Origin: a virus
Lineage: Duplodnaviria > Caudoviricetes
Virus record (IMG/VR): IMGVR_UViG_3300028591_000005
Span: 1-64,000 of that record
Reading direction: 5' to 3' (one strand)
Length of the DNA: 64,000 nucleotides
How positions within the stretch are numbered: position 1 is the first letter of the stretch; every line of letters begins with the position of its first letter. Below, piece by piece: positions 16,994-28,700 of this stretch. Under the pieces are notes generated by a model. It searched no databases, was not told where the DNA came from, and was given only the letters and a program-made list of their open reading frames with translations. Made by a program: the position numbers and the translations under genes.

Positions 16994-17662
16994 ATGGCAT
17001 TTACAAGAAATGGTTATGGTCAGGTTGAGCCAAATCAGCTCTCTGCCCAGAAAACCGGACAGATTTATGCAAGTCTTCCTCTCGATAAGGAAGTAGATGT
17101 CCTTCAGAATGGTGAGTTCATGTTCTATGACTATGTCAATGGAACAGTTAATTGTGGTAAAGATGGTTCTGCAACTGGAACAAAGGCAACCGCAATGACT
17201 GAGCCTTATCTCGTATTCAATGAGATTAAGCTTTATGAGCCTTTCTGGAGAACTTCTTATAAAGATTTCGCAATGATTCGTGTCGGCGATAACTATGTTA
17301 CTTCTAAATTAGCAACTGAGAAGTATGGTGAGAATACTGATAAGAAGCAGGCTTCTTATCAGCCTCATGGTAAAGAGTATGGATATCGTATGGATGGTTT
17401 CGCGCCTCGTCTTTTCAAGACTAACATTGGTGATATCTTTACTACTAACATGGTAAAGGAACTTACTGGAGATAGTAACAACTATGAAGTTGGTGATATC
17501 TTAGTTCCTGTAAAGAATGATGATACAAAGACCCTTCAGCTTGAGAAGGAAGATAGTTCTTCTGGTTCTACCCAGGCTGCTGCTGGTACAAAGTGGCAGG
17601 TTGTCAAGGTATATACTATGCCTGATGGACAACAGGGACTCAAGCTTCAGAGAGTAGAATAA
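16994..17662 (+). CDS. Capsid decoration/stabilising protein
   Basis: Between scaffold and major capsid; highly-expressed codon bias. Confidence 0.6.
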   Translation: MAFTRNGYGQVEPNQLSAQKTGQIYASLPLDKEVDVLQNGEFMFYDYVNGTVNCGKDGSATGTKATAMTEPYLVFNEIKLYEPFWRTSYKDFAMIRVGDNYVTSKLATEKYGENTDKKQASYQPHGKEYGYRMDGFAPRLFKTNIGDIFTTNMVKELTGDSNNYEVGDILVPVKNDDTKTLQLEKEDSSSGSTQAAAGTKWQVVKVYTMPDGQQGLKLQRVE

Positions 17663-17678
17663 TAGGAGGAGAAAGATA

Positions 17679-18707
17679 ATGGGATTAGAGTTTAATGATT
17701 TACTCAAACTTGCTAAGACCGTAGCTAAGGCTAACCCTTCTGCTCCTACCGCTTATAGCTTTGGAGATAAGAGTTATAGCTATGCTGATATGAACGAAGC
17801 ACTTCGTGTTGAGTTTAAGGCTTTAGCACCTGATTATAGAACATATAAGATTAATCAGAATACAATTTTCGCACTTATTGAGCAGACTATTGATGATGTT
17901 CTTCCTGCAAAGGTTATGGAACAGTATTCACAGTTTGCTGAAATTAAGACTTTCGCACAGGGCGATAAGCCTATCTTCACTCAGAAGATTACTCAGGCTT
18001 CTCGTAGACGTGCTCAGCAGTTCATCGGAAAAGTTGGTCTCGCAGGTCTCTATGAAGTATTCAAGCTTGATGGAAGAAGCTACGAAGTTACAACCAATGC
18101 AATCGGTGGAGCAGCTCAGATTGGTTTCGAAGAGTTCCTTGATGGAAGAGTAGACTTCGCAGATGTTCTTGACATCGTTATGGAAGGTCTTGATGCTTGC
18201 ATCTACAAGGAGATCGAGGCTCAACTTATTGGCGCTATCGCTAATATTCAACCTTCTAACTTCGCAACTAATGGAAGCTTCAATGAAGCTGATATGGATA
18301 GATTAATTTCTATCGCTGATTCTTATGGTAGAGCAGCAATCTATTGTACATTTGAGTTCGCAGCAACAATGTGGCCTTCAGATGCTAGAATGTCTGATGC
18401 TATGAAGGATCAGAGATGGACTGGTAACGGATATGTAGCAACTTATAAGGGACATCAGGTTATCGTTCTTCCTCAGTCTTATGATGATGAAGACAATAGC
18501 ATTAAGACAATTGATCCTCAGTTTGCTTACATTATTCCTGTTGGCGCAGAAAAGCCTGTTAAGATTGCTTTCGAGGGCGGTACCATTGTTGATGAGTACA
18601 CCAATTATGATCGTTCTAAGGAAGTTCAGGTTTACAAGAAGGTTGGTGTTCGTGCCATCTTCTCAAATGCAATCTGCGTATTCCAGAATACTGGCTTACA
18701 TAGATAA
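17679..18707 (+). CDS. Major capsid protein
   Basis: 342 aa, position, strong codon bias, terminator immediately after. Confidence 0.85.
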   Translation: MGLEFNDLLKLAKTVAKANPSAPTAYSFGDKSYSYADMNEALRVEFKALAPDYRTYKINQNTIFALIEQTIDDVLPAKVMEQYSQFAEIKTFAQGDKPIFTQKITQASRRRAQQFIGKVGLAGLYEVFKLDGRSYEVTTNAIGGAAQIGFEEFLDGRVDFADVLDIVMEGLDACIYKEIEAQLIGAIANIQPSNFATNGSFNEADMDRLISIADSYGRAAIYCTFEFAATMWPSDARMSDAMKDQRWTGNGYVATYKGHQVIVLPQSYDDEDNSIKTIDPQFAYIIPVGAEKPVKIAFEGGTIVDEYTNYDRSKEVQVYKKVGVRAIFSNAICVFQNTGLHR

Positions 18708-18726
18708 TTTGTTTATATATTGGGGA

Positions 18727-18764
18727 AAAGGGAGAGATATTGAAGAAATATCTTTCCCTCTTTC
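18727..18764 (+). terminator. Terminator after major capsid gene
   Basis: gggagagatat...atatctttccc plus U-rich tail. Confidence 0.6.
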
Positions 18765-18793
18765 TTCATATATTGAGATAAAAGGAGAAAATT

Positions 18794-19369
18794 ATGGCAG
18801 AAGAAAAAATGATTAAGGTTCGTAATCGTAATGCGGGATCTACAGGATATGATCTTGAAAACGGCGGACATAGAAAGTTTGAATATAATGAAACTAAGAT
18901 AATTCCACTTAGTGAGTTAAAAACGCTTAGTTATTCACCAGGTGGAGAGTATATTTTAAAGAATTGTTTAGTTGTTGAAGATAAGAGTGCTCTTGAGGCT
19001 TTAAATCTTGAAGTTGAACCAGAGTATTTTTATGATGAAGCAACTATTAAAGATATTTTATTAAATGGAAGTTATGATCAGTTAGAGGATACTCTTAATT
19101 TTGCACCTGAAGGAGTTATCTCAATGATTAAAGATTTTGCAGTTAAATTTGAGATTCCTGATGTAAACAAGAGAAAGATGATTTCTGAGAAGACTGGTTT
19201 TAGTATAGATAATGCCATTAGAGTAAATCAGATAATGGCGGAGGGCCAGGATGAAGAGGTAAAGGACGAAGCTCCTAAGCGTAAGACTAGCCCTGTAGAA
19301 GTTAAATCTAGTGCTCCGCAAAGAAAAACTAGTGGAAAATATAAAGTAGTATCAACTACAGAAGAATAA
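18794..19369 (+). CDS. Hypothetical head-module protein
   Basis: ORF with SD aaggag. Confidence 0.8.
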   Translation: MAEEKMIKVRNRNAGSTGYDLENGGHRKFEYNETKIIPLSELKTLSYSPGGEYILKNCLVVEDKSALEALNLEVEPEYFYDEATIKDILLNGSYDQLEDTLNFAPEGVISMIKDFAVKFEIPDVNKRKMISEKTGFSIDNAIRVNQIMAEGQDEEVKDEAPKRKTSPVEVKSSAPQRKTSGKYKVVSTTEE

Positions 19370-19374
19370 GAGGT

Positions 19375-19956
19375 ATGACTATGGGCGATACAAAGACAAC
19401 GCCTTTCTCAGCCATATACGATAGTTTTTTAACTCGTGTCACAAGTGATATGTACATGGAAATGACTGAATTAGATACCTTACATGCTTTACAAGATTTA
19501 CTTATAGCAGGTGCTTCACGTTTTGAGTTTCCAAGATTTGATGTTTTTGATTATGAAGAAGGAAATTTTGAATATCTTGGAACTTATTGTGGAGTAGAAA
19601 GTAATAATATAGAAGTGCCAGCTACTGGATGGGTAGGTGGCACTTTTAATTGTGAGTTATCTAAAGAAGAAATTAATATTTTATCACTTTGTATGGTTAT
19701 AGAATGGTTTCTTCAACAGTTGGCAACAACTGAAAATACAAAAATGAAATATAGTGGAGTTGATTTTAAATTTACTTCACAAGCTAACCATATGGCAAAG
19801 TTAAAAGTAATGATAGATGCTGCTAAACAAGACTGTTTTCATTTACAAAGATTATATAAGAGAAGAATTGTAGTAAATGGAGAAGTTCGTTCAACGGCGG
19901 GTCAGATAATGACTCTTCCTGCTTATGGATATAAATTAAAGAGCTGGGAGGAATAA
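19375..19956 (+). CDS. Putative head-tail adaptor
   Basis: Position; DFKFTSQANH motif. Confidence 0.55.
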   Translation: MTMGDTKTTPFSAIYDSFLTRVTSDMYMEMTELDTLHALQDLLIAGASRFEFPRFDVFDYEEGNFEYLGTYCGVESNNIEVPATGWVGGTFNCELSKEEINILSLCMVIEWFLQQLATTENTKMKYSGVDFKFTSQANHMAKLKVMIDAAKQDCFHLQRLYKRRIVVNGEVRSTAGQIMTLPAYGYKLKSWEE

Positions 19957-19958
19957 AT

Positions 19959-20276
19959 ATGGTCATTAAATACGATATTGAGATTGATAATGAAGCTATT
20001 GAAAATAATCTTAATAGGATAACTAATCAGATATTTAAACTTCTTCCCAATAGAGAAGAAGGAAATGATTGGCAGACTCCGCTTCAAAATTTAATTATCG
20101 AAATATCGGGGTTTAATATTTTATTAAAAGACCAAACTGATTTATTCCATCTTTTATGTAAACTTGAAGCATTACTTACCTTAACAGGAGAAGATGACTT
20201 TCCTATGTTTAGGAAAACTATTTTTGAATGTTTAGGTTTATGTAATGTAGTTAAAAGAGAGGTGCAGTCATCATGA
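19959..20276 (+). CDS. Hypothetical virion-module protein
   Basis: ORF translationally coupled to neighbours. Confidence 0.75.
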   Translation: MVIKYDIEIDNEAIENNLNRITNQIFKLLPNREEGNDWQTPLQNLIIEISGFNILLKDQTDLFHLLCKLEALLTLTGEDDFPMFRKTIFECLGLCNVVKREVQSS

Positions 20277-21172
20277 GCGGATTAGATCGTATGAAAAAAA
20301 GAATGGAATATGATGGTGGTTATACCTCCGATGATCGAAATGTTAAAGGTAAATGGCTATCTTTTAGAAGTGCATTAGGAAATAGCTATCAGGCAGAAAA
20401 TATTACTTTTAAAAATAAACAGTGTAGATGTTTAATAAATCCTGATAAGTTAAAACAAGATTATGACCAAAAAGAAATTAGTATTGATTTTAAGTATGGT
20501 ATGAAAAATGGTTGTACTTTTTATTGGGATAGAACTAATACATATTGGCTTGTATTTTTACAAGACTATAATGAAGAAGCATACTTTAGAGCTAGTATAA
20601 GAAGATGTGATTATGAGCTTGATATAAATGATAATAAATATCATATATATGTGCGGGGACCGGTTGAGACCGCATTAATCTGGCGTCAAAAGCATCAAAT
20701 TGAATTTAACGAATTAAATTATTCTATTTTAATGTATATAGAGAAAAATGATGAAACAAATGAATTTTTTAATCGTTTTAAAGTTTTAAAATTTGATGGA
20801 CATAATTGGCGAGTTGCTGCAGTAGATAGATATTCTCAAGACGGTATTATTGAAGTATATCTTGAAGAATTTTTTGATAATACAATGGAAGATCAGATGA
20901 TCGAACCAGAAATCATTAAGCCAGATACTACGAAGCCATATATCGACGGCCCGCAACTTGTTAGACCTTATGATACAAATTTATCTTATGCTATTGTTGG
21001 TTCTTCCGGCGGTAAATTTGTAGTTAACTCTACTAAAGTAAAAATTAATCAAGCGGATGAAAACTCATGCGTTTTAGAAATAACCACAGGAAGAGCAGGA
21101 AGTTTTATTTTATCTTATATAAAAGAAGATGAAGAAGATATTACTCTAAATGTTACTATTAAGTCATTTTAA
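20273..21172 (+). CDS. Putative head closure protein with C-terminal Ig-like domain
   Basis: Position; beta-rich; YIDGPQLV...TLNVTIK Ig-like tail. Confidence 0.55.
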   Translation: MSGLDRMKKRMEYDGGYTSDDRNVKGKWLSFRSALGNSYQAENITFKNKQCRCLINPDKLKQDYDQKEISIDFKYGMKNGCTFYWDRTNTYWLVFLQDYNEEAYFRASIRRCDYELDINDNKYHIYVRGPVETALIWRQKHQIEFNELNYSILMYIEKNDETNEFFNRFKVLKFDGHNWRVAAVDRYSQDGIIEVYLEEFFDNTMEDQMIEPEIIKPDTTKPYIDGPQLVRPYDTNLSYAIVGSSGGKFVVNSTKVKINQADENSCVLEITTGRAGSFILSYIKEDEEDITLNVTIKSF

Positions 21173-21193
21173 AAGAGTAAAGGAGATAGAAGG

Positions 21194-21775
21194 ATGCGTT
21201 CAGAAAAACATTTTTTAGGAGAATTTGATTCATCATTTCTCTCTTGTGAGAAGGATACTGAACTTATAGTAAGAAAATTACTTGTAGATAGTAAACCTTA
21301 TAGTGATGAATTAAAAAGACTCCTTTTAATAAATACTAAAGATTGTCTTGATGATAGAACCAATCCCGCATATCTTGAAAAGATTAGAAATACTTCAATT
21401 GCGGATTTAGTTGATGAAGGATATATTAGATGTCAACCTAAATTAAAGTTTGGAGAAAATGAAGAAGTAAAAAGTTATATTTTAATTTCTTATGATAATT
21501 TTACTCCAACTAGTAATCTTCATTTTAGAGATTGTATTGTTGAAATTGATATTCTTTGTCATATAGATGCTTGGGATTTAGGTAATTTTAGACAAAGACC
21601 TATAAAAATAATGGGTTATATTGATGGAATATTGGCAAATAATAGACTTACTGGGATTGGCACTCTTGAATTTATAGGAGCAAATGAAATAGTTTTAAGT
21701 GAAGAATTAGCAGGTTATTGTTTGATGTATAGAGCTGTGCATGGAGATGATGATTCAATAGAATTTGAGGAATAA
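21194..21775 (+). CDS. Putative tail completion/terminator protein
   Basis: Position; IDILCH, TGIGTLEF motifs. Confidence 0.5.
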   Translation: MRSEKHFLGEFDSSFLSCEKDTELIVRKLLVDSKPYSDELKRLLLINTKDCLDDRTNPAYLEKIRNTSIADLVDEGYIRCQPKLKFGENEEVKSYILISYDNFTPTSNLHFRDCIVEIDILCHIDAWDLGNFRQRPIKIMGYIDGILANNRLTGIGTLEFIGANEIVLSEELAGYCLMYRAVHGDDDSIEFEE

Positions 21776-21779
21776 TATT

Positions 21780-22517
21780 ATGGATAATGAATTACTTCTT
21801 ATTACTGGTAGAGATATTCCTTTTATTGAAGCACAGATTACAATACATCAACCTCGTTTATATGAAATTTCTTTTATCGGAGAAGAAAATTTTTTAGCGG
21901 GATGCCAATTTATAAATTTTACTAAAGATAAAATAAATGAAGAGGACAGAATAGGTTTAGAAGATAAGTCTGATTTTGAAATATTTATGTCAATAATGTG
22001 TAGTAAGGAAAAAATACCTTATAAAGAAAGTGTTAGATTATTATTTTCTTTAATTTTTCCTGATTACCAAGTAAAATTTACTCCTGATGTAATTTTACTT
22101 GCAAGTAAAGATAATTCTACAAGAATTGATGTACAGAATTATGATGTTTTTAAAGACATCTTAAATTCAATGTTTTGTTTGAAAGATTCTGATACCGGAG
22201 GAAAAGATTATAATCCTATAGATGACCGAGCTGCTAAGATTGCTAATAAATTTAGAAAACGAAAAGAAAAAATCGCGCAAATAAAAGGTGACTCTAAAAA
22301 AGTCGCTATCTTTAGTCGTTATATCTCAATTTTGGCAACAGGCTTACATATGGATATTAATATTTTTAATAATTATACTGTATTTCAATTAAAAGATCAA
22401 ATAAAGAGATTTTTAATGAATATGGAATATAATAATTATCTTGAAAATATTAGAGCTGGTGCGGATTCAAGCAAAATGGGTGAAATAGATAATTGGATGG
22501 AAGATATTCATCCTTGA
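21780..22517 (+). CDS. Hypothetical protein, possible tail assembly chaperone
   Basis: Just upstream of tail tube; start reassigned to MDNELL. Confidence 0.5.
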   Translation: MDNELLLITGRDIPFIEAQITIHQPRLYEISFIGEENFLAGCQFINFTKDKINEEDRIGLEDKSDFEIFMSIMCSKEKIPYKESVRLLFSLIFPDYQVKFTPDVILLASKDNSTRIDVQNYDVFKDILNSMFCLKDSDTGGKDYNPIDDRAAKIANKFRKRKEKIAQIKGDSKKVAIFSRYISILATGLHMDINIFNNYTVFQLKDQIKRFLMNMEYNNYLENIRAGADSSKMGEIDNWMEDIHP

Positions 22518-22555
22518 TCTAAAAAATTGCAATTTATTAGAGGAGGAAAAATAAT

Positions 22556-23899
22556 ATGGTGACAAGATTCGGATCTCGTGAGATCTGCGATGTAACCTTT
22601 AAAGCCCTCACAAATGGACAGAGAGTTGGTAACAAGGAATTCAAGGCTGGTCAGCCTGTTTTCGTAATTGATACAGCTACTGCTTCTAATATGGAGCAAG
22701 CTTCTACGACTGTATACGCACAGGGTGGTCGTGGTTACAACCGTTTAATCGCTTGGGAAGGCGAGAAAACAATGACTTTCACTGTTACTGATGCTCTTAT
22801 GAGTCCTCTTGGACTTGCTGTTCTTACTGGTGCGGGATTCGCAGCTGAAGATGCTGTTAAGCATGTTCATATGACTTATGATCTTGCTCTCGATGCTAAT
22901 GGCGCTGCAAATATCACTATTGAAGATTTTGCAAGAGAGCTTGGCGTTTCCAAAAATGATACTGTTAAAGTTTGTGATGATCAGCCTGATGAGAATGGTC
23001 ATGTTCTTAGACCTTATGCTACCGTTCTTGATGGAAATGGTGCCATCGTTGATTGGGTAGATGCTGATGATATTACTTTCAGCGGAACTGCTGATACTGG
23101 TATTGAGAATGCTTATGCAGTAAGTACAAATAAGCCTCTCACTGTTACTGTTGCTAATGGAGCTGGAAAGACTATTAAGTTAGACTTCTATGTTTATATG
23201 ACAACAGGAGCAACTGAAATTACCATTAAGCCTGATGACTTTGGTGGAAACTTCTATGTTGAAGCTGATACTCTTTACAGAAACCAGGATGGTAAAGACA
23301 TGGCTGCAACTCTTACATTCCCTAAGGTTAAGATTCAGTCTGGATTCACTCTTTCAATGGCTCCTACTGGAGATCCTTCAACCTTTGATTTTGTAATGGA
23401 TGCTATGCCTGGCTACACTTATTTCGATAGAGCAAACAAGGTTGTTTGTGATATCACTATTGTAAGTGGTGCTGCAGATGCAAGCACTGGTGCTCAGCAC
23501 AGTGTTCCTACAGATCATAATGCAATTCCTGCTACTGGAGTAACTCCTAAAGCTGGAACATCTACAATCTTCGATTATGATGTAGCTGACTTACAGAGCG
23601 ATATCGCAATTGCTAACAAGGCAATTACTGGTACCTTAAAAGAGGTTACCACTGGTAGCCTTCCTGTAGCATGGCCTGGATACACTCACTTCTTAGCTCT
23701 TGATTTTGCTCTTGAGGAAGGAGTAGAGCCTACTGATGTTAAGGTTGGTATCAATAGCTTAGCTGCTCTTGATGCAGATAAGGATGCTGCACTTGCTATC
23801 GATGCAGAGTCTCTTACCAAGGGTCTTAAGGTTGTTACAACCAAGAACGGTAAAGAGTACACCAAGATCTATGATCTTAGCGGCTTAACTTTAGCGTAA
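22556..23899 (+). CDS. Major tail (tube) protein with C-terminal accessory domain
   Basis: 447 aa, strong codon bias, GDPSTFDF motif, terminator after. Confidence 0.8.
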   Translation: MVTRFGSREICDVTFKALTNGQRVGNKEFKAGQPVFVIDTATASNMEQASTTVYAQGGRGYNRLIAWEGEKTMTFTVTDALMSPLGLAVLTGAGFAAEDAVKHVHMTYDLALDANGAANITIEDFARELGVSKNDTVKVCDDQPDENGHVLRPYATVLDGNGAIVDWVDADDITFSGTADTGIENAYAVSTNKPLTVTVANGAGKTIKLDFYVYMTTGATEITIKPDDFGGNFYVEADTLYRNQDGKDMAATLTFPKVKIQSGFTLSMAPTGDPSTFDFVMDAMPGYTYFDRANKVVCDITIVSGAADASTGAQHSVPTDHNAIPATGVTPKAGTSTIFDYDVADLQSDIAIANKAITGTLKEVTTGSLPVAWPGYTHFLALDFALEEGVEPTDVKVGINSLAALDADKDAALAIDAESLTKGLKVVTTKNGKEYTKIYDLSGLTLA

Positions 23900-23910
23900 A
23901 TAAATAAAAT

Positions 23911-23942
23911 GGCGGGGGTCGGGTAACCGGCTCCCGTTTTTT
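23911..23942 (+). terminator. Terminator after tail tube gene
   Basis: gcgggggtcgg...ccggctcccgt plus U-run. Confidence 0.75.
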
Positions 23943-23966
23943 GTTTTATATAAAGGTGGTGAGATT

Positions 23967-25043
23967 TTGGGAGTTTATCAATTTAGTAAAACAAAACCTT
24001 TTAGTAATCCAAAGAAAGATGGAGAAACTGCAGAATATTTAAGGTATGTTCAAAATAAAATTTTAAATAAAGTAAAAGTTGGACGACAGAAGGATGTTAA
24101 AGAAGCTAAACAAATACAAAGTTTTTTAAATATTTTAAAAAGAACTGATAATACTAAAGATATAAAAACATTAGGAGATTTAATATCAAAAGACGCTTTA
24201 GCAGAATTAATGGAAGATTTACCTAATGATTTATTTAGGTTAGCATATAATCCTAAATCTGTTGCAGGTCAATTATATGATGATTTTTTTGAAAGAGATT
24301 TTAATACTGCTTTACAAGCATTGGCTAATATAAAAAATGATGAAGTAAATTTTTATGCTGGAACTCAAAGTGCAAATACTGTATTAAATAGAGAAATTTT
24401 ACAAAAAACTATAGATGAAATACAAACAAATTATAGTAAAACACTTATAGAGGATATGAAAATATCTTCTCCAAATCTTAAAAATATTTTTTATAATCCT
24501 GAATCAAGAGCGCAAAAAACAGATATTAAAGTAGATATCGATACGACAATTAAATTAAAACCAGAATATCAACAAATATTAAATTTATTTAAAGGAAAAA
24601 GTTTTTCTCTAAAGAACTATTCTTCTGGAAATTATGGAAAATTTTTAAGAGTTAGTTTAGGAACAACAAGTCCTTTAAAAGCTTTTATTGGTGTTTTTGC
24701 TTATTTAAAGCAAGGAGACCAAACTTTTGCCACTACTGCATTTTATGCGTCTTTAGCTTCTTATACTAGAAGTTTAAAAAGAGGAAATAATAAGATTATT
24801 CAATCTTTAAGGTCAAGTATTTTTTCAATAAGATATTATTATGAATTAACAGGAGTAGGTTTAAGAATAAATGGAGAAATGCTTGAAGCGGTAGATTTTT
24901 TAGTTGTTAATAATCCCGATGGAGGAATTGCTGTTAAAAGCACTAAAGATTTAGTATATCAACTTTTATCTGCTAATTCAAAATATCTAGAAAGCTTTGA
25001 TCCTTATAGAGATGTTCATGCATATGTAGAATTTGACAATTAA
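23967..25043 (+). CDS. Hypothetical protein (358 aa)
   Basis: Long AT-rich ORF, TTG start with SD aaggtggtg. Confidence 0.75.
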   Translation: MGVYQFSKTKPFSNPKKDGETAEYLRYVQNKILNKVKVGRQKDVKEAKQIQSFLNILKRTDNTKDIKTLGDLISKDALAELMEDLPNDLFRLAYNPKSVAGQLYDDFFERDFNTALQALANIKNDEVNFYAGTQSANTVLNREILQKTIDEIQTNYSKTLIEDMKISSPNLKNIFYNPESRAQKTDIKVDIDTTIKLKPEYQQILNLFKGKSFSLKNYSSGNYGKFLRVSLGTTSPLKAFIGVFAYLKQGDQTFATTAFYASLASYTRSLKRGNNKIIQSLRSSIFSIRYYYELTGVGLRINGEMLEAVDFLVVNNPDGGIAVKSTKDLVYQLLSANSKYLESFDPYRDVHAYVEFDN

Positions 25044-25087
25044 CAAAATTTTTGTTATAATATAAGAGATAGAAGGAGGACATTATT

Positions 25088-25609
25088 ATGTCAAAAGTTA
25101 CGTTTACAAAATTAGGTTTGAAGAAAAAGGATGAAGTAAAAGAAATTATTTTTGGAGAAAATAAGATTGAAGTTAAACAGTATCTTCCTATTGAAGAGAA
25201 GATTAAGTTTGTTGAATCTGTTTTAAATAACTCCGCAGATGATAATGATTTTGCTAATCCTATGAAGATAGATATTTATTATGGTATTGAGTTAATATCT
25301 CGATATACTAATATTACTTTTACAGATAAGCAGAAAGAAGATTTACCTAAACTTTATGACTTATTTGTAGAAAGTGGATTATATAATCAGATTTGTGAAG
25401 CAATACCTCAAGAGGAAAGTATGACTTTAGCAGATTACGTTTATGATACTATTGATGAGTTTTATAAACAGCAGAATTCTGCTATGGGAATTATGAAGAA
25501 AGTTACCGCCGATTATTCTGGTCTTGATTTTGACGCTAAAGAAATTAGAGATAACCTTCAGGCGGGAGATCTTAATCTTCTTAAAGAAGTATTAGAAAAA
25601 ATGGGATAA
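25088..25609 (+). CDS. Hypothetical protein, possible tail assembly chaperone
   Basis: Directly upstream of tape measure; own sigmaA promoter 25033-25061. Confidence 0.6.
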   Translation: MSKVTFTKLGLKKKDEVKEIIFGENKIEVKQYLPIEEKIKFVESVLNNSADDNDFANPMKIDIYYGIELISRYTNITFTDKQKEDLPKLYDLFVESGLYNQICEAIPQEESMTLADYVYDTIDEFYKQQNSAMGIMKKVTADYSGLDFDAKEIRDNLQAGDLNLLKEVLEKMG

Positions 25610-25676
25610 TTATTTGGACTAATTAAATTCATCATTCTATTGTGTTTTTTAAATATGATTAGAGTGATAAAAGGAT

Positions 25677-25713
25677 AAAATGGCTAGAGTGCGCCTCACT
25701 CTAGCCATTTTTT
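25677..25713 (+). terminator. Hairpin/terminator before tape measure gene
   Basis: aaaatggctagagtg-cgcct-cactctagccatttttt. Confidence 0.7.
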
Positions 25714-25743
25714 GTTTATATAAAAGTAAAGGAGATTCGAGAT

Positions 25744-28700
25744 ATGGCGAAACAATTGAATGTGAATTTAGCGTTCACTGCGGACACCCGTGAAGCTAAA
25801 GCACAATTACAAAGTTTGCAACAAGACTTAACAAAGTTAACGCAAACTGTTGGTAGTAAATCTCCTTTGGGGATAACAAAAGATATAAATAATGCCATTG
25901 GTGATGTTAATAAATTACAAGCTGCTTTAACAAAAGCAACAACTTCATCAGGTAAATTAGATTTAGGACAATTTAAAAAAGAATTAAATGCAGCTAAATT
26001 AAATGCAGAAAAAATATCAGATTCTTTAATTAAATTAGGACCTGAAGGACAAACAGCTTTTGCTAAATTAGCACAATCCGTCGCGATGGCAGAAGTTCCT
26101 ATCAAGAAAGTTAATACTACATTGCAGCAATTTGCTACTACTTTAGCAAATACTGCAAGATGGCAAATTTCTTCAAGTATTTTACATGGATTTGTAGGAG
26201 CAGTAAAAGGTGCTTATGGTTATGCTCAAGATTTAAATAAATCTTTAAATTCAATTCGAGTTGTTACAGGTCAATCTGCTGATCAAATGGCTCAATTTGC
26301 TAAACAGGCAAATGAATCTGCAAAAGCTTTAAGTGCAACTACAACAGCATATACAGATGCATCTCTTATTTTCTTCCAGCAAGGTTTAACTGGAAGTGCT
26401 GTTACAGAAAGAACTGATGCTGTTATTAAAATGTCTAATGTAACTGGCGATTCTGTTGAAGATGTTGCATCCTATATGACTGCAATTTGGAATAACTTTG
26501 ATGATGGATCTCAGAGTCTTGAACATTTTACTGATGTTATTACCGCATTGGGTGCGGCAACCGCATCATCATCCGCAGAAATTTCTGCAGGTCTTGAAAA
26601 ATTTGCATCAATTGCAGGTACTGTAGGATTAAGTTATGAATATGCTACATCAGCTCTTGCTACTGTTGTTGCTACAACTCGTCAAAGTGCAGATACGGTA
26701 GGTACAGCATTTAAAACTTTGTTTGCACGTATTCAAGGTTTAAAATTAGGTGAAACACTTGATGATGGCGTTACATTAAATAAATATTCTGAAGCACTTA
26801 ATGCTGTTGGTGTTCAAGTATTAGATACTTCAGGACAGATGAGAGCATTAGATGATATTCTTGATGATTTAGCAGGTAAATGGAAATTATTATCTTCTGC
26901 TCAACAAACTGCTTTAGCACAAACTGTTGCTGGTACTCGTCAATATAATCAACTCGTTGCATTAATGAGTAATTGGGATTTTATGGAAGAAAATCTCGAA
27001 ACGGCAAAAAATGCAGAAGGCTCACTCCAAGAACAAGCAGATATTTATGCTGAATCTTGGGAAGCAGCTTCAAAAAGAGTTAAAGCAGCATGGCAAGAAA
27101 TTTATGCTCAATTATTAGATGATAAGTTTTTTATTAATTTAACTAATGGATTTGGAAAAGTTCTTGATGAAGTTAGTAATGTTATAGATGCTTTAGGTGG
27201 TTTAAAAAATATTGTTCCAATATTAAGTACAACATTATTAGGTTTATTTGGTAAACAATTTTCAGATTCTTTAAATAACTTTGTTTATAATTTAGATATA
27301 GCTCGGCATGGGATTGAAAATGTCATACAAGAGAGACAAGAATTTAATCATGAATTAACAAATATTCAAATTAATGGATTAGATTCTAGTCAAGCAAGTC
27401 TTGGTAATTTATATAGTCAGCAAGGTGAAGTACAAGATCAATTAATTAAAAAGACTATAGAATTACAAAATCAAAATAGAACATTAACAGATCAAGAACA
27501 AACTATTGTTCAATTATATCAAGAGCAAGTAAATAAATTAACTGAAGAGTATCAAAAGAAAGAAGCTTTAGCTCAAAAAGGCAGAGAAGATGTTATTAAT
27601 TTAGAAGGTAATGCATTATTTGATGCAAAAAGAAAAGATTATACAACATTAGGTGCAAAAAATCAAGATGAATGGAATACTCAATTATTAAATGCCTCTA
27701 ATAATACTAGAGATTTAAAATTATTGGCTGAAACTATTGAAGAAATTAAAAAGGTTACTAAAGATGGTATAATACCAGAAGAGGCAAAAGAATCAGTAAA
27801 AACATTAGTTGAACAAGTTGGTATAGCAAATGGAGTATTTGAAGAATCTACTCCTGCTATTAAAAGAATTTATCAAGAATTAGAAAATATTGGTTCTGCA
27901 GATTTAGCTTCAGATACTTTACAAGACTTAACTAAAAAAATTAAAGCGCTGTCTACAGGAACTTTAGCAGGAAATCAAACTCTTGAAGGTTTTATAAATA
28001 TTTTAAAAGGAATCAAAGGTTCTTCTAAAGATTTAATAAAAGATTTAGAAGAAATTATTAATAAACATAAAGATAATGCTTCAGCCACAACAGGATCTGC
28101 AGCAGCATATGTTAATGCTTCCCAGGGAATAAAAAGATATGCAGATGCAGTAAAAGAAATTAATGGATCTATAGCATCTTTTTCTGAAAAGATGGTTGCA
28201 GGAGTTCGTTCAGTTTCTTCATTTGCAATGGTTTTAAATTCTGTATCTGGAATCATAGACACGGTGACAAATCCGGATACTTCTGGTTTAGATAAGACTA
28301 TTGCTGTTCTTACAAGTGCGGGAATGGCAATTGGTATGTTCTCTTCATCCATGAAGGGTTTATATCAAACATTTGGAATTGCGGATACTGGTCTTACTGC
28401 TTTAATTAAAAAATTTGGCGGATTAACTGCCGCGATGCACTTACAAAATACTGCAGGCATTGGTTTAAATGTATTATATAGTAAACGAAATAAAGAAATT
28501 ATTAAAAGTATTGGTTTATTAGACTTAGAAGATAAAGAATATAAAGATTTAAATGCAGATGAATTATTAAATGCATTAGTTAAAAATGGTATTTTGACTC
28601 AAGAGGAAGCAGAATCTGGATTAGCTCCAAAATTAATTAAAGCAAGATTAACAAAAGCTAGTGCTACAGATGCTGAAACAAAAAGTTTACAAAAATTAAT

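Noticed and set aside
23967-25743. Programmed frameshift tail-chaperone pair before the tape measure gene
   Set aside because: No overlapping second ORF follows 25088-25609; the gap holds a promoter motif and a hairpin.
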